From the sequence record ON286972: a DNA stretch of 64,000 nucleotides. One strand, given 5' to 3'. This DNA is from Escherichia phage A4. The notes under the pieces were generated by a model that made no database searches, had not been told where the DNA came from, and saw nothing but the letters and a program-made list of their open reading frames with translations. A program made the translations under genes and the position numbers. Below are positions 63,881-64,000 of this stretch, one piece after another. Within the stretch, counting starts at the first letter, position 1. Every line of letters starts with the position of its first letter.

Positions 63881-64000
63881 ATGGAAGACAACGGAATGAA
63901 ATTTGATATGTTTGAAGGTGTACCAGAGTTTGATTTCAACAAGCTTGAAAATGGCGAAGAAGCAGAACTCGTAAGTGTTACCTTAAAATCGGATACTAAG
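63881..64000 (+). CDS. hypothetical protein, 5' fragment (runs off window end)
   Basis: ATG 63881 after AAAGGAA; MEDNGMKFDMFEGVPEF... with no stop before base 64000. Confidence 0.5.
   Translation, partial: MEDNGMKFDMFEGVPEFDFNKLENGEEAELVSVTLKSDTK

Noticed and set aside
1-64000. Prophage or integrative-element interpretation (integrase, att sites, host flanks)
   Set aside because: No integrase or recombinase motifs, no host housekeeping genes and no tRNA flank were seen; the architecture fits a virulent phage genome segment.

Overview
The window reads as part of a large, AT-rich virulent phage genome (inference; probably a jumbo-type phage of an enterobacterial-like host, given the sigma70-consensus promoters). 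About 150 genes are called, every one on the + strand. Layout: (1) 103-4139, a tandem array of 17 paralogous ~60-aa genes (family A); (2) 4140-6137, a 2-kb non-coding hub with an iteron-like 9-bp repeat array, AGTACT-centred palindromes and promoter-like sites; (3) 6138-26298, ~56 small early-type genes, most with their own promoter, a 5'-UTR GGGGAA..TTCCCC hairpin and an SD site, plus intrinsic terminators and repeated composite regulatory modules; this block includes a protein-kinase-like gene; (4) 26365-32709, a tandem array of ~25 paralogs with an LGTxYQ motif (family B); (5) 30736-60896, a ~30-kb array of ~50 paralogous acidic proteins sharing an EExxFQxS motif (family C), with a methyl-accepting-chemotaxis-protein-like membrane protein gene embedded at 51130-52542; (6) 60937-64000, assorted genes including a frameshifted HNH-type homing endonuclease. 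No rRNA, tRNA, CRISPR or integrase was recognised. The strongest candidates for an undescribed system are the hyper-expanded family B/C arrays and the embedded chemoreceptor-like gene. Product calls are from motif reading only; no database search was run.
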